64,000 nt of DNA from Tubiluchus corallicola (lineage: Eukaryota > Animalia > Priapulida), in assembly GCA_030141605.1 (NCBI GenBank), contig JAQGDQ010000942.1, positions 1-64,000 on the forward strand, read 5' to 3'. Both the position numbers and the translations under genes were made by a program. Below the pieces are notes generated by a model. That model saw only the letters and a program-made list of their open reading frames with translations, had not been told where the DNA came from and did no database searches. Positions 48,901 through 59,749 of the stretch are shown one piece after another. Numbering within the stretch: the first letter of the stretch is position 1; each line of letters opens with the position of its first letter.

Positions 48901-50366
48901 TGGTTGCCTGTTCATTTTGCTTTATATCATAAAAAAACTCTGTTTCTCTGGTCTTGCTGTCTAATACCTAATAGAATATTTTGAGGCTCTCATAGTATTA
49001 ACGTATATAATAGTATCATTAGTATTAAATTTTTACATTGATCTTATTATTTTGTAATACCAATGAAACTAACAAAATGGTTTGTAAAAATTGCTACTGT
49101 TTTAGGAAACAGAATAAAATCAGTTTCAAATCATCAGCCGCTAAGTGTCAGTTGAAAATCGAAAATCTTTAGTAAAAAGACGAATTTGAATATTGCAATT
49201 ATTGGTTTTTAATTCTTTTGGTTGTAAGTGTTACCCGGTATGTCTTCATTAATTTCTTATCACTGTTTTGCATAATAAGTACTTGAGATTTTTCTCTGAT
49301 TTTGCAATTAGTTTTGAAATCTATATGACTTGTTATATTCCTGTCTTACTGCCAAAAATACCTGATGGAATATTTGTGCCTTGTGCTTGCTGATCAATTT
49401 CAATAGTTGAAGTTTATCTTCTGGTAACTGTTCATCCTCAGAAATTTCAAAAACTGGTAAAACATAAACAGATTTTGCAGTTTCTTTGCTTTTTCTCCTA
49501 CTCATCATCCGTATAAATTGTTCCATAAGATCCATTGAAGGCTTTAGTTCAACGTCTATTAGTAAGACGTATTTTGTATCAACTGCCAGTCGAGCTGTAT
49601 TACGTCCCACGTTAATCGGATAAAGACCATAGTCAGTTATGTCTGGTTCATTGGATAGAGGCAATGATAAGTTTATTTCGCGTCCACCGTAAAACATACC
49701 CTTAGTGTACGGAACAGCAGTTTCTGGAAAAAATAAGGAAATTGTTACTTGTTCCATAAATTTGGGATAACACTTTCTCATATATGAGACAGAGTTTATA
49801 ACGAAGTCAAAGTTGTCACCAGGCACATACAATGCTGCTGATATAGGTCCATTGTGTCTTTCTGTTAACTGAAGCAAATGATGTAAGTACTGCCAAGAGC
49901 ATTGTGTAGCTATTGTCAATGCTTCACGAGGAAACTGCTTTGTGGCAGGTATGAACCTCAATACCTTTTCAAACATCACATACTGGTTAGCAGAATTATC
50001 GTAAAAAACTGAGACTATAGCATTTTGAAATTTTACTTTTGCAAAATGCAGTTTTTTAGTTGAATTGTGTTTGTTCACGGACGATAATTCCACTGTCCCA
50101 CTTCCTTCGCCATTTTCTTTATTTGTAGAAATGCATGAAAATTGCACTAGATTTTCTAACGCTACAAAGTTAAAGAATTTTTTATTGTCAATCGTCATGT
50201 GGATTGAAAATTCACCAAACTTTCTATCACTAGAACCATGATCACTTAGGTGAGTAAAAACACTAAGGTATGTAAAAACGAAAAGAAGTGAAATCATTTT
50301 TACAAATTTTCTAGATCCATTTTTGATTTTTCTTGCAGGAAATGCCTTGAAGCAGCTGAAAGACAT
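45632..50366 (-). CDS. B4GAT1: GT49 beta-1,4-glucuronyltransferase 1-like; 3 exons, 499 aa
   Basis: Exons 50366-49362, 48088-47962, 45999-45632; GT-AG, phases 0 and 1, 1500 nt open. Motifs: TM, LTIATQCS, GPISAALY, YPINVGRNTAR, IDVELKPS, VYVLPVFEI, WEPVYI, PMYDERFRGFGFNKMQQ, FHILDNAFLIH. Family-level call. Confidence 0.92.
47962..48088 (-). CDS. B4GAT1-like exon 2
   Basis: ctttcag|ETCSSCHTIPYYELW...WEPVYI-T|gtaagt. Confidence 0.9.
49362..50366 (-). CDS. B4GAT1-like exon 1
   Basis: ATG 50366 to KAQIFHQ|gtattt; 335 codons. Confidence 0.9.
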
Positions 50367-51129
50367 TGTGGTTACAGATAAAAATTTGTCACGTATTTAT
50401 CTATATAAAATATTGAGATCACGAAATTTGGAAAGCAATGAACCATTTTAAATCACGTCGTGTTTGAAAAACGCGATCTGAAATTGATTTTTTTCTTTCT
50501 GTTAATACAACTTTTTGTTGCTCGTCGAATTTCCACTATCTACTTGCAGATCTTTTGCAAGTCACGAAAGTCAAAACACCAAAACAACGTTCACAAAGAC
50601 AAGACATTATTACGTTACAAAAGTATAAATTATCAGCAAGTTAAGAATGGCAGATTTTCTATGGCTTATTGCAGTCAAACATGAGAAATCTGTCTTATGG
50701 TTTTGTAAAACTTAATTTTTTTCGCATTAAACTTGCAAAAATATTAAACTATCCGAAAAGTATAATTTCTGTGTGTGAATATACATATTATTTTGTACAT
50801 ACTGACGAAAGTGATTTGTACTGCTTTCCACTGTAAACAATTTATATATTAGGTTCAACTGACTTTTGTTGAATCCTGTGAACTAAGTTATTGTATTAAT
50901 TTTATCGCCTATTATGTGCAAATTCGTTTTGTGTAATACTGATTTGCCACACATTTAATTTCGCAACGTTACACGAATTTCTATGGAGCATCCGAAGGGC
51001 AACAATGAGGAAAACCACTAAATAAATTAGTATCTCGTGCGCATGAAGTACTAATTGTGGCCACGAATATTATAAATCCGTGCACACTTAGTAATTACGT
51101 ACATGGAATTACCAAATGTAATTACAGAT

Positions 51130-52298
51130 TTATTTTGATGACTGTTTCATTATATTTGTTTTTGGAAGGGGGAGTACATAGTTTTCGACTGAATATCTTG
51201 TGTAATGATCATGTAGATTTGAAACTGGACTAAAGTATGACTGAAAAGCTGGTGGAAGTAGTGAATTATTATAGTGATACATGAAATGAAGCCAATACAT
51301 GTCATATATTTCTTTCACTTTAAGAGTTTTAACAGACAAATAAATTATCTTTGTGGGATGGTCATACCTTACATGATATATTAGTTTGAGAATTTTGTTC
51401 TGGGTAAATTGTAAAGCTACCAGATTACTTTTATATACACCACCCCAAGACATGACACCATATATTAGATATGGGTAGACTAAACTGTAATAAATTTTCA
51501 TCAATGTTTCTCTATTAACAAACTTGCGTAATTTATAGATGATTCCCAAGGTTTTACTCAATTTATGCTTTGTTATACTTATTTGGTACTTCCAGTCTAG
51601 GTGCTCATCAAGAAATATTCCCAAATATTTAACATGTGACTTTTTTCAACAATAACATTAATAAGAACTATGGTCATATTTCTTGATGGTGTTCTCCTTT
51701 TCTTTTTTAGAAGCATGAAGTTAGATTTATTAATATTCAATGAGAGCTTATTGACATTCAACCATTCTGTTACTTTATTTAACTGGGTATTCATAACACT
51801 CTCCAAGTTATCTATATTTGAATCACTTAAAAAAATATTTGTGTCGTCTGCAAAAAGTCTGAAGATTAAATTTGAGCAACTTAGTGGCATATCATTTATA
51901 TATAGAAGAAATAAAAGTGGTCCTAGAGTAGAACCTTGGGGAACACCATGCTTAATTGGAAGTGTATTGGATTTACATCCATTTAGTTCGACATACTTGA
52001 GACGATCACAAAGATAACTTTTGAACCATGATTGAGCTGAATGTCTTATACCATAATAATGCAATTTGTCTAGAAGAATACAATGATTTACCGTATCAAA
52101 TGCCTTTGATAAATCTATAAACAGACCGCAGACGTACTAATCATTATCAAGCGCCTCTGCAATTTTAATAGTTATTTCAATTAATGCTAATGCTGTTGAA
52201 TGAGACTTTCGAAAACCGAATTGATTGTCATATAAAACTTTGTTTTATATATGAAAAGAGGACAGTTGATTAAATGCGATTTTTTCAAGTATTTTAGC
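51130..52298 (-). mobile_element. CR1/L2-group LINE RT core, truncated
   Basis: [61 protein letters not shown]. Confidence 0.93.
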
Positions 52299-53473
52299 AG
52301 CAAATCGCTAATCATTCATCCAGCAGTAAAACTAGGTCGACAACTATATAGTCACACAGGTAAAACACGCATAGGTAAAACTAGGCTGTGACTGAAGTTC
52401 AAACAATGATGTGAAGGTCAGGCCCATCCCAGGTACCTAATTTAAATGTGCTTAAACTAGCAGAAGGAAAACAGCTAAATGTTACATCATAATTCAAAGC
52501 ATTACAAATAGGAATAATAATAAAGTAAGTTAAGTCTCACTAAGGCAATATTGAAAGAAATATAAACAAACTAACCAGCAGACCCAGGAATGTCAACTAA
52601 TTTTTTGTTACTGTTATTCATTCATTTAGTCGGAGAACAGGTATAAATACTGTATCACATGAAATTCCTTGAGCAAGCGTATATAAACCCATTCTTGGTA
52701 AAACGGTGTAACAATAATTTAACAACTACCTCAAGACTAATTGAAAAGTTAAAGGCTTGTATCGTTAAGTCTACCACGAAAACTAGTTATTTTACACGAC
52801 TTTATCTTATTCAAGTATATCACATTGGCAATACATTTTAACAAACAGTAATAGTTAAATGATTAATAATATCCAGAATTCCATTTCAGACAATTGTTGT
52901 CCGCTGCATAGTAGTAAAAAAATTCAAAATGGCACATCATGGCACTCTGAAAAGTATCCAATGGATAGTCCCTAAACATGATTACTTTGACCAAGTTTAT
53001 TTCTGCCAGGCTAGTTTCTTTTCTTGCTGTAAGTTTTTGTCTATTACAGTGTAGGCCTACTACTCTTGTCAAACCACACCCAAAAACCTGATTAAACAAG
53101 TTCCACCACATTTCCGCATCACACAGCTTACTGTAGTACAGCTTAAATAACCATAGTGATTATCAAAATAGTATCTATTGCATCATTCTAGTTGGACAAC
53201 TGTAGCCCACTGTTGGTAGAATGTGACTCATCCCATTTGATCTTGGCCAAAAATATGCCAGCATCCGACATTTTAATATATCTTTTTTGTTTTGTTAGCT
53301 TAAATATTCCCCAGTTTATTTAATGAGTAATACTTATCGTCTTTACATAATCCTCATCAGGTATTCCAACACGTATTCAAAAATGAGCAAAAAATTTTGG
53401 CTAAAGTAGACTTTGGACTTTGTAAAGTTGGATTTTGGATATTGGAGATTGACGGGCAGGAATGTTTAATTAC

Positions 53474-54000
53474 TAACACTTCAACTATATTGTGAAATGC
53501 CTTCACAGTATAGTTGAAGTGTTAACTATAATTATTAAATCTGAATCTAAGGCTTAATTTTGATGATTGGATACAGCTGGCAAACTTTCAGGCATGATTC
53601 TTTAGGCAATCTTGGCTGCGTTTTGGACATTTTTACAAAATCTTGTAAATTTCTCTGTCCCGGATCACAAAAAGCTCAAGAGGTGATCCTGCACTCTAGA
53701 GGCTTATGACTCGAAAACGTTCACAGATAAATAATTTAAGGCTACTGCTACGGACGAATAGGAACTTATATGTGGGCTTTCATTTGGTGTTGCGATTAGA
53801 AGTGTGTTGTAAGTGACCAATTAAGTTGTGACATGTGATTAAGTTGTGATGTACTCCTCAATCCATTTCACAAAATCAAATAATTATACATATCTTGCAA
53901 GCCATAAAATGTATTATGTACTAATAAGAAACTGGCCATTTGCTACAAGAATTTCGGGTTTAGGTTGAAGGCCAGGAGCAGCTGTGACGTCATCTTTGTA
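53474..54000 (+). mobile_element. HINE-like element headed by a 23-bp hairpin
   Basis: taacacttcaactatattgtgaa-atgcc-ttcacagtatagttgaagtgtta (53474-53524); core-like aataggaacttatatgtgggctttcatttgg. Confidence 0.55.
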
Positions 54001-54713
54001 ATGACGGCGTTCCTTGTGGGTGATAGTAATTAGTAACTTATGCAATACGAGTATGAAGCGCACTTAACTTTGGTAACGTTGCGAGACTGATACTAATGCT
54101 TTTGAAATGCGGAGTTTTCCTTGTGGTTTATGTGTACCTGTTTCTGAATACAAAGCTTACTGAAAGATCAATTAACATTTTAATGCTTTTATTCTACTGA
54201 CAAACAAACTGAGTAAGCAAGAAAAAAAGGAAAAAGACACCACTTTACATTTCACAATGTCAAATATCTGACGTAACTTTCAAGCTTAAAATGTGACGTA
54301 AGGTATTATGGCCAACATGAAAACAGTCAAATGTGCACACATATCTGCTAAAGTTTTACTTCGTAAAAAATCATATTAAATGTGAGCTTCTGTGTCACTT
54401 CATCATCAGTACCATCATCATAATCATCAACTCAATGATCTCACAATGCAACTTTGTTATCTACAAAATTATGATTATTTCAGGGATTTTAACTAATAAC
54501 AAAGACAAAACTACTTAACACAGTACGATATTTCTCTACTCGATGCAGAATACTCTTTCTCTACTCCAGTGCGATACGTCTAGTAGCACATTAGTTGCGG
54601 AAACCTTAAAGCGAAGGATTTATTTAGTAAGCATATTCCGAAAAGCACACCCAATTTTAGAACTTGCGAAGAGCAAGTTTTTTTTAACATCTAGAATGAC
54701 TTACAAAATAATA

Positions 54714-55130
54714 ATGCGCAGAAAAGCATCAGTTTGCAATAAGAAGCAAAGATTAGCCACATTTGTGTGCTTTTGTATGTTTGCATTGTTTCATTGCGGA
54801 ATTTTGAATTTGAGATCATCTAAGCTTAATAAGGGGAAGAAAGAAAATGATCCATTTAAGTTCGTTGTATTGACTTACAAAAGGCCAAAGTCATTATTGA
54901 GGCTTCTAAAGTCACTTAATTCAAGTCACTATAATGAGGATGAAGTTGGGCTAAAGATTTGTGTAGACAGAAGTGCTAATGACAGTTCAATATCAGCGAC
55001 TACACTTGACGTCATAAACTCATTTATATGGGTTTACGGTAGAAAGGAAGTTATTGTCCACCCTGTACATTATGGACCATACTTGCAATGGTATGATTGT
55101 TGGAAACCATCTGCAAGAAATATAAAATAA
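54714..55130 (+). pseudogene. Truncated paralog of the 35886-36908 glycosyltransferase
   Basis: MRRKASVCNK...YGPYLQWYDCWK is highly similar to the N-terminal ~40% of the intact gene; homology ends ~55120, stop before the ILEDD motif; no splice donor or downstream exon seen. Confidence 0.88.
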
Positions 55131-55199
55131 ATATTCATAACAATATGACTGAATTATGAGAAGTTTTCGCTAGTGGTCAAAAGTGGGTGTACACATTAT

Positions 55200-55420
55200 T
55201 GAGTATTGAAATACATAATACATTTCGTCACATTTTATGACTTTGTTTGCAAGTTATGGACTAATAATAGATTTTGGATCTTAGAGGTTGTGAAATGGAT
55301 TTAGTGGTACTGATGACGTAATTTGGTCACTTCGTTTGTTCCAAAGTCACTAATCACACCGTCAAATTAAAGCATACACATAACTTCCTATTGGTCCCTA
55401 ATAGTACACATGTGTGTCAA
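55200..55420 (-). mobile_element. Inverted relative of the 53750-53960 HINE-like core
   Basis: Reverse complement reads aataggaagttatgtgtatgctttaatttg...aagtgaccaa...aatccatttcacaa...cataaaatgt. Confidence 0.6.
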
Positions 55421-56233
55421 TTGTGTGTACGTTTTGGAATTATAAGCTTCCAAAAAGCAGAGCCACTTCTTGGCCTTTTTGTGTCCAGGGACAGTGGCCT
55501 AAAACGCAGATTTTTATAAAAATATCCAAAACGCTGTGTGAAAGGCGTGAAGAATAATTCACGAGAGCTTGGAAGCTGTACCCAGTCTTCTTTTTTGGCT
55601 AACAAACCCGACTATAACTATTTTACATAGTTTTAAATACATCTTGGCAACTATTCTTAGGAAACCGAGTAAAACGGAGTGCAGCAATGTTGCTTGAGTG
55701 TAATCAGCAAGCTGGACAAAGTTTGTATTATTTTGATTAAAATATTGGATTTTATGAATTATGAATTTATTTCACAGCAAATCGTACATATAACATACAT
55801 ACAAATAATTGTTACATTATAAAATATAAATAAACGAGTCACTGTGAGGAGGAGGAAGTAGCATTAACCTTTGGAGTCCTCCACCAGATAAGTGAAGCAA
55901 TTATCAATTAACATATCCCTCGTGTAATTACAGAAACTTTTCAACAGAGGTTAATACCACTGAAAGCTTCATTGTAACAAAATAAGCACATAAATGTCCC
56001 AAATATACTCTAAAGTGGATTAACCCGACTGTTCAGAGCACAGGTGACTAACAGGTAAAAAATAGAAAAACTGGCCAAAACTATAAGCTTTACATTCCCG
56101 CCACAGATGGCGACACGTGCACGAATTTGTAAGCAAAAATCTGTTACACGTAGTATTTTCATCAGTTATAGCGTACATTAGAAAAAAATAATTTTTGTCA
56201 GTAATTAAAGATCAGGATTAGTAAAATTTTTAG

Positions 56234-58261
56234 CTAATTATACCTTTGTAGTAAGTAATTCTTTGATGCTTTTTGAAATTGATAAAGATTAAGAGATTCC
56301 ATTTCACGCGGAATTGATGACCATATTTTAATAGCATTTTGTTTTGATGACGTTTCTATAAATTTGTTTTGGAAGAGGCAGTACATAGTTTCAGACTGGA
56401 TACCTTGTGTAATGATCATGTTGATTTGAACCTGGGCTAAAGTATGACTGAAAAGCTTGTGGAAATGGTGAATTACAATACTGATACATGAAATGAAGAC
56501 GATACATGTCATATATACCTTTCACTTTATTAGTTATTTCAATTAATGCTAATGCTGTTGAATGCGACTTTCGAAAACCGAATTGATAGTCATATAAAAC
56601 TTTGTTTTGTAAAAGAAAAGAGGACAGTTGATTAAATGTGATTTTTTCAAGTATTTTAGAAAAACACACTTAACAGTGAAATTGATCGATAATTAGATAC
56701 CTTAGTTTTACTCTTTGATTTACAAACAGGAATTACTTTAGTGAGTTTAAGCTGTTCAGGAAAAATACCAGTATTAAATGATTGATTAATTATAAAAGTT
56801 AATGGCTTGGAAATGACGGAACTAGCAATTTTAAAAAAAAAATTACTGACACCATCTTAATGAAAGATCCTGTCACTTCTACTTCATTAGTAGGTTCAAA
56901 TCTAAATTCATTAGCGAGATTAGCAGTTAAATACGAAAGATGATGCTATTTGACATTTTGAATATTTTGTGCCAATGTTGATCCAACTTCAACAAAAAAT
57001 TTATTAAGTTTATCAGCCATTAACTGGGGTTAGGTTATTTGCTCATTATTAATAACTAATTTGGTAGGACAATTCTTTTGGGCTTTTAGTTTTACCAGTT
57101 CATTGACTATTTTCCACATTGATTTAATATCTTTATTAGCTGACTGAAATTTCTTAATATAATATAAAAGTTCTTTGTTTTATTTTTTAATTTATTCAGG
57201 ATATTGGCATATGTTTTATATTTATTTTGCTTATTCACATCATTAGATTTAAATAATGTGACATACATTTTTTTGTTTTTTCCTAACACTAACAAGTATT
57301 CCTCTAGTAATCCAAGGTTTTTCTAATAATTTGCATTCTTTTTTTGAAAGCATTCTTAATGGTGCGTGTTGAGATCACCCATAATATATAATTTTTTGTG
57401 TTCCGTATTTACAATTTTTATTGTGCTTTCAAGCTCAGATTTGAAATGCTTTATGGAATCCAAAGTACCACCTGGATGTCGGTAAATTAGCCCAACTACC
57501 ACTCCAACATGTTGTTTTGAGTCCAATTCTATCCATAAATTTTCACAGTTATTAATATTAAGCTTAAGATCTCATCTATCAAAGTAAGTCAATGGAGAAT
57601 GGATATATAAACCCACAATACCGATATGTGTTTTCAAACTGGAGTCATGTCTTAGGAGTTCAAAATAACCTGGAAGGTCATAATTTGATAAAGAAACATT
57701 GCTCAGTCGTGTCTCAGAAATGCCCAATATTTTAATGGGGTTTCCTAAAGGAGAAAGTAATTCCTGAATAAGTTCAATTTTTTCTTCATTTAAACTGACA
57801 ACGTTCATGTGCATCATAGTTAAATCAGATGAGTTACTATCAATGCATAAATGAAACTCATCAGGAGAAAAATATTGTGAGCTAATAGACGGTATTATAG
57901 TGTCGGGATCATGCTGATCATAGTTATTTCAGCTAAAACATTGACTATTTAAAATATCTGGTAGATCGCTAAAATCTTCAAATTTAGTATGATATAATAA
58001 TTTACGTAAATCAGAGTCATCTAATTTTGAGAAAGGAAAGACATTGTCATAACACACCGGGGACATGAATGGATCATTATTATTAATATAGGTTGGTATA
58101 GATACACATCTGCGATGGTAATATGAATTGCAATAAGAACATTGGATAATAATTCGGTAATTAGTAATCAACTTGTAACATAAACCACAGAAATTAGACT
58201 CATCCGTGTTAGTAACATCATCAACAAACAAACTTTGAAGAATCTCAAAAACTAAACTCAA
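56234..58261 (-). mobile_element. CR1/L2-group LINE ORF2 (PHD + endonuclease + RT with internal deletion), same family as 51130-52298
   Basis: CGLC..IQCSYCNSYYHRRC, HMNVVSL..ILGISETRL, PWITRG, QFGFRKSHSTALAL joined directly to VKGIYDMY. Confidence 0.9.
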
Positions 58262-59749
58262 ACTGAAGTAGCCACTGCTTAACGAGAAAAAAATCTTAAT
58301 ATTTTGATTTGTTGTTTTTGAATATAAGCAATTACAACACTAATATCTCATCGCAGAATACATTAAAAACAATGTAAATATTAAAGCATAAATTAATGAA
58401 TAAAGGGTTTAGATTTTCAATCTAGTGAATATACATAAACTTCCAAAGAGGAAAAAAGATAAATTAACAATTTTAGTCTTAACTTCTGACTTATTTTAAA
58501 TTTTGGAAATTGATAAACAAAATTTGTAACACAGACGTATCTACAATACAGCTTAGTTTAACTGATTACAAGCCTGCAAGTGTACACTACTAGTACATAC
58601 ACTGTAAGGGACTAAACTTATTGTACAGCACATAAACATCCAACATGGTGAATTTAAGCTTCAAACATTACACAGTCTTTACTATAATTTCACTCCAGCA
58701 TTTGCCGCAAGTGGACGCTATATATTTTATGCACTATACATAATGTTAATTTATAACTAAAAAAAACGAACAGGTTTCTATCTTTGGAATTAATAGTATG
58801 GAGTATTATGTGCAGTAACTGTCTCATCATGATCTTGAATGATTTGCATTTAATCTAGCTAGACCGGATTTGAGAGGGCAAAAGAGAATAATTATTGGTG
58901 AAGTCTACGTGCTAACTACTGTACACAAGAACAAAAATTTCACAAACTACGTTTGCAGTAGGTGACCTTCAAAAAATCTGGCGAAGCCAAGTTTTCAATT
59001 TCTTGGCGTACTCTTTCTCCCAAGTTTTCTTCCATAGCTGTCGGCACTGCACTAATATTTTAACTTATATATGAAAAGTAATCCACCGTGTAGATATTTC
59101 TTTATATCATTATAAAACTTTAATGTCCAATTCTATCTCATTTAGACCGTGAAGCAGGTGGCTACAACATTACTGTACGTTAGAACTTGTACAGCATGAC
59201 ATATACTGCGGACGAAGTCAAGAACACGTCATGCGTCGTCAACTCTCAACTGCCAACTGCCAACTGACGTCTTGCAGAATACGTCTCGGACACAACAACA
59301 ATATAGCGGCAACCACTGTCAGTCTCTCCTTCACGTCATCTCTGTGACTCTTCCTCGTGGTGGGTGTGAATCTCTCTCTCCCCCGTTGTGTGTGTGTGTG
59401 TGTGGCTTGAATATTTTTCCAAGATTATATAGCAATCAATAATTACTGTCACTGAATCTTGCCGATTTTGATTTCTTCCGCACCATCTGGGCAATCTTAC
59501 CTCCTGGACAGTGGATAATACTTCTGATTTCTAACGTTATGATCAATAAGTACTGACACTGAACCTTGCCGCTTTTGATTTCTTCCTGGGCACGCGACAA
59601 ACGGTTACTATTGAACTTATTTCTCTTGTTTTCTAATTGGTACGCATGCTGCTAGTAAACAGCGTCTCTTTGAATTCTACACCTGTCAGTTTCACTACAT
59701 TGTGACAATTCCGCTTATTAAATCTAAACTTTTGAACTTAACTTGCGAC

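Noticed and set aside
54543-54713. 57-aa N-terminal extension of the truncated GT
   Set aside because: Corresponds to non-coding upstream DNA of the intact paralog; homologous start is ATG 54714
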